A stretch of DNA of 64,000 nucleotides, taken from NCBI GenBank assembly GCA_964473825.1, contig CAYYQL010000008.1:1-64000 (forward strand), given 5' to 3'. The notes beneath the pieces are model-generated. The model did no database searches. It saw only the letters and a program-made list of their open reading frames with translations, and was not told where the DNA came from. This stretch comes from an uncultured archaeon (lineage in GTDB: Archaea > Asgardarchaeota > Thorarchaeia > Thorarchaeales > Thorarchaeaceae). Of the stretch, positions 48,728 to 58,243 are shown piece by piece (the first letter of the stretch is position 1; each line of letters starts with the position of its first letter). Both the position numbers and the translations under genes were made by a program.

Positions 48728-49497
48728 AACAGGAAACCTTCAGACTAGTTGAACTCGAAACACACAGCGCAAAGGAGAACATGGCTATAGACGAGGCTGT
48801 CATGTTATCCGTGAAGGATGGATTGGCACCCCCTACACTTCGATTATACAGATGGAAACCATCTGCAGTTTCTATTGGCACGTTTCAGAGCATGAAGGAA
48901 GAAGTTGATATTGAATACTGCAAGAAGAATGGTATTGATATGGTCCGACGCCTTACAGGGGGTGGAGCCGTCTATCATGACTATGATGGCGAAGTGACCT
49001 ACAGTGTCATCGTTCCCAAAGGCCATCGCGTAGCTCCTTTTGACATCCAGGAGTCATACAAGATTCTGTGTGGTGGTGTCATCTCTGCGCTTGAGGTGTT
49101 TGGTCTCGAAGCGGAGTTCTGTCCAATCAATGATGTGATTGTTGAGAGACGGAAGATATCCGGCAACGCTCAGACCCGTCGGCATTCGTGTGTTCTCCAA
49201 CATGGAACCACACTGCTTGATTTGAACATCGAAACAATGTTCTCAATATTGAAGGTTGACCCTGAGAAGATATCTGACAAACTGGTGACCGACGTGAAGC
49301 AGAGGGTTGTTTCTCTTCGGCAACTACTCGATGAAGATGTTTCAGTTGAGGAGCTTAGTGAAGCTCTCAAGACCGGGTTCTCTCATGCTCTTGATGTTGA
49401 ATTCGATGCTGAAGGTCTTACAGATCTTGAGATGAAGCGCGCTTCTGAGTTCGCAGAGTCGAAATACGGAACAATGACTTGGAACTTTCTGAGGTAG
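48724..49497 (+). CDS. lplA: Lipoate-protein ligase / octanoyltransferase catalytic subunit
   Basis: NMAIDEA, PTLRLYRW, VRRLTGGGAVYHD, RKISGNAQ, LQHGT. Confidence 0.93.
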   Translation: MKQETFRLVELETHSAKENMAIDEAVMLSVKDGLAPPTLRLYRWKPSAVSIGTFQSMKEEVDIEYCKKNGIDMVRRLTGGGAVYHDYDGEVTYSVIVPKGHRVAPFDIQESYKILCGGVISALEVFGLEAEFCPINDVIVERRKISGNAQTRRHSCVLQHGTTLLDLNIETMFSILKVDPEKISDKLVTDVKQRVVSLRQLLDEDVSVEELSEALKTGFSHALDVEFDAEGLTDLEMKRASEFAESKYGTMTWNFLR

Positions 49498-49499
49498 AA

Positions 49500-49778
49500 A
49501 TGGTGTACGAATCCAGCTATAAGGTTCCCGGAGGCAAGCTCATCAAGGTGAGGGTTGCCGTAGAGGATGACCGGATATCCAGAATTATCATTACTGGAGA
49601 TTTCTTCTTGCACCCTGAGAGCACACTCCCAGAGATAGAGGAGAGTTTGCTTGGCTGCACTCTTGACAAGGAGAAGATTGCCGGCAGAGTACAGTCTGCT
49701 TTAGATGCAAATTCTGCCTATGCAGTTGGCTTCACTGCTTCAGATATGGCCGAGGCGATCATGAAGGCTTTCGGCTGA
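49500..49778 (+). CDS. lplB: Lipoate-protein ligase accessory C-terminal-domain subunit
   Basis: KVPGGKLI.V......I..I.ITGDFFLHPE..L..IEE.L.G; ATG 49500 follows GAGGT. Confidence 0.85.
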   Translation: MVYESSYKVPGGKLIKVRVAVEDDRISRIIITGDFFLHPESTLPEIEESLLGCTLDKEKIAGRVQSALDANSAYAVGFTASDMAEAIMKAFG

Positions 49779-49893
49779 GGGGTCATGAGACTGTAACAAT
49801 ACATCCCGTGAAAACGCTAAAATAGTCTTCAACGTCTTCTAAAGGTAGTGTAGGTGGCCTGGTTGAAGGTCACATCTAGATAATAATCGGGAG

Positions 49894-50889
49894 ATGCTTA
49901 GAATAGTGAACGCATATTTTGCTCTAGTCTTGATTGCAGTGGTTCTTTTCTTCATTGTGTGGGGGCTCGGATGGCTACTCGAGAAGATATCCCAACGCCT
50001 TCTTAGTACAGTGAGCAAGATAGGTTCCAGAGCATGGTATCTCCTAGTAGGTCCGGGAGTGGCGCTGCACGAGTCTTCGCATTGGCTGGGATGCATTCTC
50101 ACCGGAACTCAAGTTGTCGAGTTCAAGCCCATCAACGTTGAGGTCACTGATGAAGGAATCGTTCTTGGTTATGTCAAGTATAGGCGGCCCGCAAGTGCTA
50201 TCAAGAGCACAATCATCAACCTGGCCCCTGTAGTAGTTTCACTTGTACTGCTGGTCTTCTTTGCCCTGGGTGTCACATACTTGGTACCCGGGACTCCAGG
50301 TATAGGAGGTCAGGCATTAGTGTTGCTTGGCGAGTTGATTGAGATGAAGTCTAATCCTATCCTTCTCAATGATCCAAGCTATCCAATTACTCAAATTGTA
50401 GATTTTGTATATCTGTTCCTTCAGACATTTGCGGGGTTTACTGTCCTCAGCCCCGTTTTCTGGATTGTGGCCTTCTTGGCAATGACGATAATGTTCTCTA
50501 ATGCTCCTAGCGATGTTGATATTCGTAATGCAATTCCCGGGCTCAGAGCAATCATTGTGTTCAATATCATTTGGTTGATAATCGCCTACTTCGTTCCTCA
50601 GGCAGGAATACTGCTCTATGGCCTCTTCGAGTTCTTGGCTGTGATGTGGGCTTTGGCGCTGGCCTTTGCAGCACTGGGATATGGATTCTTCATTCTAGTC
50701 TTTGCTCTATCTCGCTTGAAGACACCCCTTCAACTCATTCCTCTTGCTCTATGTCTCGCTTCAGCATTTGTCATCTTGTATTTGGGATTCGGAACTCCGG
50801 CATTTTCCACCATTGGGGCCGTTGCCGTGCTGGTGGCGAGTACGATCGCCATGCTTGGAGTTAGGTCTTTTCGCGTGGGAGATTCATGA
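49894..50889 (+). CDS. Membrane metalloprotease-like protein (M50-like HExxH)
   Basis: PGVALHESSHWLGC, GYV, NLAP, PSDVD; multiple TMs. Confidence 0.7.
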   Translation: MLRIVNAYFALVLIAVVLFFIVWGLGWLLEKISQRLLSTVSKIGSRAWYLLVGPGVALHESSHWLGCILTGTQVVEFKPINVEVTDEGIVLGYVKYRRPASAIKSTIINLAPVVVSLVLLVFFALGVTYLVPGTPGIGGQALVLLGELIEMKSNPILLNDPSYPITQIVDFVYLFLQTFAGFTVLSPVFWIVAFLAMTIMFSNAPSDVDIRNAIPGLRAIIVFNIIWLIIAYFVPQAGILLYGLFEFLAVMWALALAFAALGYGFFILVFALSRLKTPLQLIPLALCLASAFVILYLGFGTPAFSTIGAVAVLVASTIAMLGVRSFRVGDS

Positions 50890-50966
50890 TCTTTCCCGTA
50901 GAAACTGCATATAGTAATACACACCCTTATGTTCGGTGAAAGGTGGATTGTATTCGGTTTCCGAAT

Positions 50967-51314
50967 ATGGCTAAGATTGACTTGGTAAAACGGCCATCAC
51001 TGATCACTCCTAAACATCTTCTGCGTTACATCTTTTTTACAGAAATGCAGGTGGAACAAGCAGCGAAGATACTCAATGTGATTGTGAAGTCCGATGGCGT
51101 TGTTCCTGATTCAGAGTGGGAACGGTTCGTACTATCGAGCAGAGGTCTATATGTCAAAGTCATGCGAAAAATGCGGGACGTTGGGCTCGTTGAGAAACGT
51201 CTTGGAGAGTATCGTCTGGTAACAGATGTGTCATCGGCACTGGAAAAGATGGCTCATTATTGGTCGGAGATAGTTCAGTCCTTTAGAAACGGTGACAGGT
51301 CTATCGAGTTCTAG
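50967..51314 (+). CDS. Small winged-helix-like protein
   Basis: SRGLYVKVMRKMRDVGLVEKR.GEYRL. Confidence 0.65.
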   Translation: MAKIDLVKRPSLITPKHLLRYIFFTEMQVEQAAKILNVIVKSDGVVPDSEWERFVLSSRGLYVKVMRKMRDVGLVEKRLGEYRLVTDVSSALEKMAHYWSEIVQSFRNGDRSIEF

Positions 51315-52885
51315 TCTACTTTGACTTCTCCTTCTTCGATGTCCAAATCTTCGAGAGTCGATATAGCCCTTTCATTATCGATTTTCAGAACGCCCTGTTT
51401 CTCAAGTTCGCGTGCATACTTCGCAGCTAGACCCGCAGGAACCCCCAAAGCCTTTCCCAGGTCTCCAAAGCTGATAGAACCCACCTCATCCACCAGAAGC
51501 AACACCTTAGTGTTAGCCTCTTTCCCGAGAACCTGAATGTAACGCCTTGTCCTCTCTTTCGCAAGGTCTCTCTCCTGGAGGGCCATATCTCTTTCTTTCT
51601 CAATGAGCCTAGTTGCCTTCTCGAAGGCAGTGGCCTGCATTTCGAGGATGTGCATCTCCTTTTCTTTCTCAGCAAGGGTCTGCTTCAGGTCGTAGACTTC
51701 CTCTTCGAGATCCTTTACTTCCATTATTCGATCCTGCATCGACTCAAGCTCATCAAGACGCTTCTTTGCTTCCTCTTCTGCTGCCTTCTGTTCTTTCACA
51801 GCCTCCTCGAGTTTGATTTCAAGCTCCTTGGCAGTAGCTGCGATTTTCTCTACTTCTTCACGCTTCTCGCCAAGCTTGTTCTCTAAGAGCCCGACTTTAT
51901 CTTGAAGTGCCTCGAACTCAGCATCTGTCTTACTTCCAGCTGGAGTCTCCATCTCACGTTCAGTCTTGTAGACCTCAAGCTGACTGAGGACCTCGCCTAG
52001 CTTCATCTGGACTTCCGCTGTTTCTTCCTTGGCACTCTTGATTTCTTCTTCACGGGTCTCTATGACTGTGTCTTTTCGCTCAAGTTCTTGCTCAATCTTA
52101 GCTACGTGTGCCTCTAGTTCCCCTACCTTTCTGCTGAGCTCTTCCTTGTTTGTTTCGGAGGCGGCCTCCATGTCGATTCGGGCATGAAGTTTTTCGATCT
52201 CTCTTTCGAGCCTCTTGATTTCATTCTCCTTTTCTTTTACTTCCTGCCTGATAGATGCACTATCTTCTTCGAGACTCTCCATGAATGATCGGACCACATC
52301 TTGTTGCTCGACAATGGTGGACCGTAGATCCACTTCTGATTCCCTGACCCTGGAAGCAAACTCCTTGAACCTCTCTTGAGTCTGTTCAACTATCTTGTCA
52401 ACAAGTTCCTTCTCTAGTGCCCCAAACTCCTGATCAACAACCTCAGCAAATGATGTTTCGATGAAACCCTTCATCATGGGCATCTTCAGTTTCTCGACCA
52501 TTTCTTCAGATATGCTTGACTTGATTTCGATGACGCGTCCCCTGAAAGCAAGCAGCTGCGATGCGAAGACTCCTACTACTCCTCGCTGTAGTGAGGAGAT
52601 GTCTGACCTGAGAGTCTCCAGCTTCTGGAGAAGGGCATCAAAGCCTGCTACTGCGTCTGCACCCCGTATCTCGGCCTTAGGCTCGGGAGATTCTAACCCC
52701 TCCACAAACTCCAGTGCTGAAGCTGCAGCCAAAACTATGTCTTCTGCCTCGTCGGTCGAAATGGGCTCACCGGTATCAGTTTCGCCCTGAACCATCAGCC
52801 TGATATCTCTGTCCGAGAGAGAGGCCTCTCTGAGGGATTCCTGCAGCGCAGCCTTCTCCTTTTCGGTCATCTTATCATCGGGCAT
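51311..52885 (-). CDS. Long coiled-coil protein with C-terminal winged helix
   Basis: About 350 aa of E/K-rich heptads; C-terminal KVLLLVDEVGSISFGDLGKALGV...ARELEKQGVLKI; no Walker A. Confidence 0.8.
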   Translation of the reverse strand: MPDDKMTEKEKAALQESLREASLSDRDIRLMVQGETDTGEPISTDEAEDIVLAAASALEFVEGLESPEPKAEIRGADAVAGFDALLQKLETLRSDISSLQRGVVGVFASQLLAFRGRVIEIKSSISEEMVEKLKMPMMKGFIETSFAEVVDQEFGALEKELVDKIVEQTQERFKEFASRVRESEVDLRSTIVEQQDVVRSFMESLEEDSASIRQEVKEKENEIKRLEREIEKLHARIDMEAASETNKEELSRKVGELEAHVAKIEQELERKDTVIETREEEIKSAKEETAEVQMKLGEVLSQLEVYKTEREMETPAGSKTDAEFEALQDKVGLLENKLGEKREEVEKIAATAKELEIKLEEAVKEQKAAEEEAKKRLDELESMQDRIMEVKDLEEEVYDLKQTLAEKEKEMHILEMQATAFEKATRLIEKERDMALQERDLAKERTRRYIQVLGKEANTKVLLLVDEVGSISFGDLGKALGVPAGLAAKYARELEKQGVLKIDNERAISTLEDLDIEEGEVKVD

Positions 52886-52966
52886 TTCATTACCTCAAGA
52901 CCAAGTCAATGAATCAACTCTATTCTCTTAGGTATAAGCTTTGTGCGAATGGTTAGTTTCCAGTTG

Positions 52967-53299
52967 TCACTGGTTTATCTGGGGGAACTTGACCTCAAAT
53001 ATCTTGGATTCCAGTTCGTCTGTCAGGATGTAGTGTTCCTCAAATGCTTCCAGAATAACAAAGTCGCCGGGTCGTAGTTGAAGAGTTGCCTTCTCACTTT
53101 GAATTCGCGGCCTACCGGTGACAACATAGATTATCTGGGCATCAGCATGGGAGTGTGGACGGGCTGGAACCTCGCTATTCGGGCCCACCAGACGAACACC
53201 TGCGGTGACCGAAGTATCAATTGCATCCATCACATCTACATAGCCCGATTGCCCGTGCACTCGATTGGTTTCGAGTTCGGATTCATGAATCTTCTTCAA
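52967..53299 (-). CDS. Cupin domain protein
   Basis: PHSHADAQIIYVVTG...LRPGDFV......H. Confidence 0.85.
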   Translation of the reverse strand: MKKIHESELETNRVHGQSGYVDVMDAIDTSVTAGVRLVGPNSEVPARPHSHADAQIIYVVTGRPRIQSEKATLQLRPGDFVILEAFEEHYILTDELESKIFEVKFPQINQ

Positions 53300-53367
53300 G
53301 TCAAATCATCTCCATAGTCGTCGATGTTCTTATGTGGACAACGTGTTCTTGGCTTACCGACTATGTG

Positions 53368-54591
53368 ATGAAGCAACCTTTGTCTGGGAAAAGAATTGCG
53401 GTAGCTGGCTTCAATGCACGTCCGCTGGCCTGTTCAATGAAGACGGCAGGTGCTGAAGTGTACGTGTCCGACTATTGGGGTGATGAAGATCTGTCCTCGT
53501 GTTGTTACAGATGGGTCTCTGTTCTGAATCCACATCCGAACCAGCGACATAGAACTGAACTCGAAGAGCCCGTCCACCGTTCTCTTGCTCAGAATCTAGT
53601 CGACAACTTCGACTGTTCCAATATGGATTACGTCATCGTGGGGAGTTCTTTTGACGATCATCCCGAGAGCCTTAAGCTAATAGAGGAGGTCTGTCCTTTG
53701 ACAGGGAACAGTTCAGATCTGTTCTTGCGAGCGAGAGATTCCAGTAAGGTAGCTAGGTTGGCAAAACAGGTGGATCTTCTGACACCAGAGAGGCACTCAG
53801 TATCGTCGCTCTCAGAGGCACTCAAGTCGGCTGAGCAGATTAGCTACCCCTGTCTGATACGCTCTCACGAGTCTGGAGGCGGTGCTGGCATTCGGTTTGT
53901 GAGAGATAGTAACTGCATGGAAGATATCGGAAAACGCATTCTGTCCTCAGAGGGAAAACTGGACAGAATCATCGAGCAGTATATACCAGGGCTAGACATC
54001 AGTTGCAGCGTATTGGGGACAGGAGATGATGCCATCACTCTCTCACTACAAGGGCAACTCATCGGCCTCCCTTCCGCAGGTAGAAACTGTGATTTCATCT
54101 ATTGTGGCAACTACTTTCCGGCACCAGTAGATACGGAAATTACTGAGCACCTGAGGTCAGCGTGTGCCTACATATGCGCGGAGCTCGGTCTTCTTGGATC
54201 CAATGGGGTTGACTTGGTCACAGACTATGATGGCGCCGTCTGGCTCATGGAGGTCAATCCCAGAATCCAAGGCACAATTGAAATGCTTGAATCTTCCAGT
54301 AACATCAATGTCAGTCACATGCATATCTCCGCATGTGAGGGAAACCTGCCCGTCAGAATCCCAACGTACCTGCCCGCAGTGAAGATGATTGTTTACTCTC
54401 GGCGTGCAGGAACATTGCCCGACCTTTCACAATGGAAGGGAACACATGATAGGTCTCCCAGGGGTGTAAGGGTGAACCGAGGCGACCCCATCTGTACAAT
54501 AGTTGAAAGCAGTGCCCCCCTTTCACAGTGCTATGGTGTTGTGTGCGAGCGTGCTGCATCTATTCAAGCATCTGTTACACCACTGAATTGA
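53368..54591 (+). CDS. ATP-grasp carboligase (COG2232-like, H4MPT/C1-associated family)
   Basis: GFNARPLA.S, DYWGDED, GGGAGI, EQYIPG, FIYCGN, GSNGVD, EVNPRIQGT, G.PICT. Confidence 0.8.
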   Translation: MKQPLSGKRIAVAGFNARPLACSMKTAGAEVYVSDYWGDEDLSSCCYRWVSVLNPHPNQRHRTELEEPVHRSLAQNLVDNFDCSNMDYVIVGSSFDDHPESLKLIEEVCPLTGNSSDLFLRARDSSKVARLAKQVDLLTPERHSVSSLSEALKSAEQISYPCLIRSHESGGGAGIRFVRDSNCMEDIGKRILSSEGKLDRIIEQYIPGLDISCSVLGTGDDAITLSLQGQLIGLPSAGRNCDFIYCGNYFPAPVDTEITEHLRSACAYICAELGLLGSNGVDLVTDYDGAVWLMEVNPRIQGTIEMLESSSNINVSHMHISACEGNLPVRIPTYLPAVKMIVYSRRAGTLPDLSQWKGTHDRSPRGVRVNRGDPICTIVESSAPLSQCYGVVCERAASIQASVTPLN

Positions 54592-54879
54592 GATGTTCGC
54601 TCAATCTGGGACAGAACTAAGTACAAAGCCTGGATTGCGAACGGTCTCCTGTACATAGTTGCTCTGCAATTGCCATCTTCGGTCCATGCTTCTGGGGTTC
54701 GGAATCAGCATCTTCAATTCCGGTATGTCACAAGGCAGATGCCCTTAGCAGTCTTTAGAGCCTCATCAACCACTCCCTCAGTGGTATTTCACCTTCACGG
54801 CCTGCATTCCTAATATAGCAAACGTATATCAGAATCCGCATACAAGATACAACCAGTATTATCTCTTGTAGGTGATTAC

Positions 54880-55923
54880 ATGCGGGTATGCGAGGAATGT
54901 GGAAAGGCCAATCAAGACCTGCGCAAGTTCTGCATCAGGTGTGGGGCAAAGCTGGTCAAGGCTGGCAAAGCCACTGAGATTTCGAAGCCTTCTGCTCGCG
55001 AAACGGGCAAAGTCACCACGAAGGCAACTTACGACAAGGAAGAGTCGAAGGAGCCTCCGCCTCCCTCTCACTCAGCTTCGGTTACAACAGAGGACAGATG
55101 GGTGAGACCTTCAGAAGTGTCTCGGGACCGAGTTCGCAAGATCGGAAAGAGTCGTGGGATGACGGAACTTGAGAAGGCACAAGAGGCCTTCCGCAGAGCC
55201 GAAGAGGTTGGTTTTGACGAACCAAGCTCAGGGGTTGTTGAGTCTAGGATGCTCAGAGCGAGTGATGTGAGGGGTCTGCTTGAAGAACAGGAAACAGCAG
55301 ATATGCTCTCTGAAAAGACCGAAAGCAGTCACGCTGCAGGTATCTCGGAACCGATGGAATCTGACCAGATTGCATCTGAGAGTATAGATGATGAGTCTGA
55401 CGAGGCAGAGAAGAAGATACTCGGATCTCACTCGGCCATTGTCAGAGATTCTATAGATTCGAAAGAGACTGAGGAGTTATCCAAAACTCTGAGTTCAGAA
55501 GGTGAAGAGATGAGCGAGTTTCGATCAGCCAGGTATCAGGAGGTCGATGACGACACTCCTGTGATATCTGCCGTAGATAAGGACTCTGTCGGTCTAGAAT
55601 ACGAGGAGCTTGCCGATGCGGACGTTCAAGAAAAAAAACGGGCTCCTGTCGTCACAAGAAGCGAAGTCACTGCTGATACTCTCATTCCGTGCCCGAATTG
55701 TGGAGAAATGATAGTAGCCGACTCGTTTGATTACCCGTCTGAGGTCTACAGCGCGATGGGTCATGCTCGTCTGAAGCAGGCGCGATTCTTTGTGGTGCAG
55801 GGAAAGGACGATGAAGCGATGCGTTCGGTAAGAATAGCACGATTTCTCTTTGAGAAGTCTCAGGACGAAGGTGGACTCAAGGAGGTCTCGCGTCTTGTAG
55901 ATTCGATGGCCAAGTCACGTTAG
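54880..55923 (+). CDS. Zinc-ribbon protein with long acidic linker and C-terminal CPNC/helical domain
   Basis: CEECG...KFCIRCGAKL at the N-terminus; CPNCG near the C-terminus. Confidence 0.75.
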   Translation: MRVCEECGKANQDLRKFCIRCGAKLVKAGKATEISKPSARETGKVTTKATYDKEESKEPPPPSHSASVTTEDRWVRPSEVSRDRVRKIGKSRGMTELEKAQEAFRRAEEVGFDEPSSGVVESRMLRASDVRGLLEEQETADMLSEKTESSHAAGISEPMESDQIASESIDDESDEAEKKILGSHSAIVRDSIDSKETEELSKTLSSEGEEMSEFRSARYQEVDDDTPVISAVDKDSVGLEYEELADADVQEKKRAPVVTRSEVTADTLIPCPNCGEMIVADSFDYPSEVYSAMGHARLKQARFFVVQGKDDEAMRSVRIARFLFEKSQDEGGLKEVSRLVDSMAKSR

Positions 55924-56711
55924 GCCTCAAGCCAGAGCTTCATGAACTTCTCTCGTTCTTCAGGAAATCTTGATGGATCCGCACACATCATGAGGAAACG
56001 TCCATCATAGTTTCGTTGCTTTAGCTGCTGGAAGATGGATTGAAAGTCTATATCCCCCTCACCAATCGGGAGATGTTCATCATACTTGTTTGCGAGTTCT
56101 CTGATCTCCTCGCGGGACAACCTTCGCTTCTTCCGCTCTTCTAGAACCTCCTTAATCATCTTCTCGCCATGATTGTCATGAACATTCACCATTGCTATTC
56201 GGTCAAAAAAGGAATCTACGTGGCCCAATGACCGGTTCCTATGTGCCATAATCTGCCCATGGCCAATGTCTAGGCAGAGCTTCATCGAAGGTTGTGAGTC
56301 AAACAGCAAAGTCAGTTCCGTATAATAGAGTCCAAGGGTCTCTACGGCAATTGGCACTCCGGCGTTTTCTGCTGCATGTACTGCTAGGTGTACAGCGTCT
56401 AGAAATGTGTCTATGTCCTTGTCTGTGTACATGAGGGTGGAGAGGGTGGAATGAATTGTGACAAGCTCTGCACCAATATCTGCTGCGATGTCTATGTAGG
56501 GTACGATTTCCTGACTGAGGTCCATCGGTTTCCAGTCTGGGTGACTGGGCAAGTGGAGCGTGCAGGGAACGCCTGCATCTTCGAGGTCTTCGGTTGCTTC
56601 ACTGAAGGTTATGCTGTGAGGAAAGTCCATCCGAAGGTCGATGAAGTCCGGGGAATGCTTCAATGCTTCTTTGATCTGGCTGTTGTTACGTGCGAAGGTG
56701 CCTATCTCCAT
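55920..56711 (-). CDS. Sugar-phosphate isomerase/epimerase (AP endonuclease 2) TIM-barrel protein
   Basis: TLHLP, VTIH, IAVET, LCLDIGH, VHDN.G, HLPIGEGDIDF; start refined to MEIGTF. Confidence 0.85.
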   Translation of the reverse strand: MEIGTFARNNSQIKEALKHSPDFIDLRMDFPHSITFSEATEDLEDAGVPCTLHLPSHPDWKPMDLSQEIVPYIDIAADIGAELVTIHSTLSTLMYTDKDIDTFLDAVHLAVHAAENAGVPIAVETLGLYYTELTLLFDSQPSMKLCLDIGHGQIMAHRNRSLGHVDSFFDRIAMVNVHDNHGEKMIKEVLEERKKRRLSREEIRELANKYDEHLPIGEGDIDFQSIFQQLKQRNYDGRFLMMCADPSRFPEEREKFMKLWLEA

Positions 56712-57107
56712 TTGAAGACCCGGGTTCTCGTTGGATATGTGTCTTTTGTTACTTTTGGTACGAGTGGCTCTGTGTGAAAAGTCGACGAAGGGACAAGAAT
56801 TAGAACCATTCACACTATACCGTGCACGAATCTCAAAGGCATCATCACTCTTTGTGACCATAATGATTCATGGTTGATGAGTTTTCACACAGCGCCGGTA
56901 CGAGTGGTGATTTTTCATGACTCGCGTCTTCAGCGTAGAAAGCATATCGGGACTGGAGGCAGAATCAGATGTTGAGAGGACTGGCTTCAGCATGATGCCA
57001 CTCTAGTTTCCTAACCTCTTCTATCTCCAAATGTACTCTGGTTCGATAGTTTTATCTGAGCATCGTACTCTAGTCAATCAACCAATGCCATCTGGAGAGT
57101 AAAACTG

Positions 57108-57641
57108 CTGCAACCCGCCGACTACTTGTTCAAACTTGTTTTTCTGGGTGAGGGGGCGGTAGGCAAGACATCTCTGGTTGGCCGTTATGTATACGATAGC
57201 TTCGAGGGCGATTATCTGGCAACGATTGGCACGGACATACACGTCAAGACCATGGATGTCAATGATACCCGAGTCAAACTCGTGGTGTGGGACATCGCAG
57301 GCCAGAATGACTTCGCGCAGCTCAGAAAGGCTTACTACCAGAACGCTTCCGGTGCCTTTTTTGTCTTTGACACGACACGCCCGGAAACACTTGAGCGGAT
57401 TGATGAGTGGATACAAGCTCTTTACAGTGTTACCGACAAGATTCCTCTGGTGCTCATCGAGAACAAGATTGATCTTGAGAGTAAAATGACTGACGGTCTG
57501 GCGGAGTCTGTGGCAGAACGCCATAGTCTGACGCTCATTCGAACGAGCGCCAAGGAAGACGAGAATGTGGAGCGTGCGTTTGAGAAGATGACCCGTGAGA
57601 TGCTTGAGAAATCCCGAAGTAGACCCATGAAACACACTTAA
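57108..57641 (+). CDS. Rab-like small GTPase 1
   Basis: DYLFKLVFLGEGAVGKTS, YLATIG, WDIAGQ, ENKID, TSAK; probable CTG start after GGAGAG (track start 57126). Confidence 0.93.
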   Translation: MQPADYLFKLVFLGEGAVGKTSLVGRYVYDSFEGDYLATIGTDIHVKTMDVNDTRVKLVVWDIAGQNDFAQLRKAYYQNASGAFFVFDTTRPETLERIDEWIQALYSVTDKIPLVLIENKIDLESKMTDGLAESVAERHSLTLIRTSAKEDENVERAFEKMTREMLEKSRSRPMKHT

Positions 57642-57697
57642 GGCCAATTCATCATTTTGATGTAGTGGTCTATATCAGAATCAGTGAGGCATCCCAC

Positions 57698-58243
57698 TTG
57701 AAACATCGACAACATGATTATGTCCACAAGATTGTGTTCTTAGGGGACACAGCCGTTGGGAAGACTTCACTTGTTCAACGCTATGTTTACGATAGCCTCT
57801 CCGAAGAGATGGGGCGGACCATTGGTGCAATCCTACATGTGAAATCAGTTGAGATAAGGGATCTAATGAACAAACTCGTCATCTGGGACCTTGGTGGTGG
57901 CGAGTCCTTTGCAGAGCTTCGCGAGCAATATTGTTCTGAGGCCTCCGGTGCGTTTTTCGTATTCGACCGAAACCGTCCTGACACTCTTATGAACTACAGC
58001 AAGTGGTTGAGAGCATTACATGCAGCTGCTGGAAGTGTTCCGGTGGTGTTCGTTGAGAACAAGATTGACTTGGAGTCAGAACTGGATCCTCAGAATGTGA
58101 TAGAAATCGCCGAATCGCATGCGACCCGTCTCATTCAGACATCAGCCACAGAGAATCTCAATGTTGATTTAGCTTTCAAGTACTTAGTCGAGGCCATCTT
58201 GGCCCAGGTTGAAGGGGAGGATGTCAAGGTCATAGAGTCTTAA
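57698..58243 (+). CDS. Rab-like small GTPase 2
   Basis: DYVHKIVFLGDTAVGKTS, RTIG, WDLGGGE, ENKID, TSAT. Confidence 0.92.
   Translation: MKHRQHDYVHKIVFLGDTAVGKTSLVQRYVYDSLSEEMGRTIGAILHVKSVEIRDLMNKLVIWDLGGGESFAELREQYCSEASGAFFVFDRNRPDTLMNYSKWLRALHAAAGSVPVVFVENKIDLESELDPQNVIEIAESHATRLIQTSATENLNVDLAFKYLVEAILAQVEGEDVKVIES

Noticed and set aside
54592-54879. Possible small gene or ncRNA in the 290-bp gap
   Set aside because: The minus-strand frames I translated are interrupted by stops, and no recognisable RNA structure was found.
57078-57647. 189-aa antisense ORF over GTPase 1, and the many other short overlapping ORFs in the track (e.g. 45455-46186, 60873-61460)
   Set aside because: Shadow frames of well-supported genes, with no recognisable motifs.
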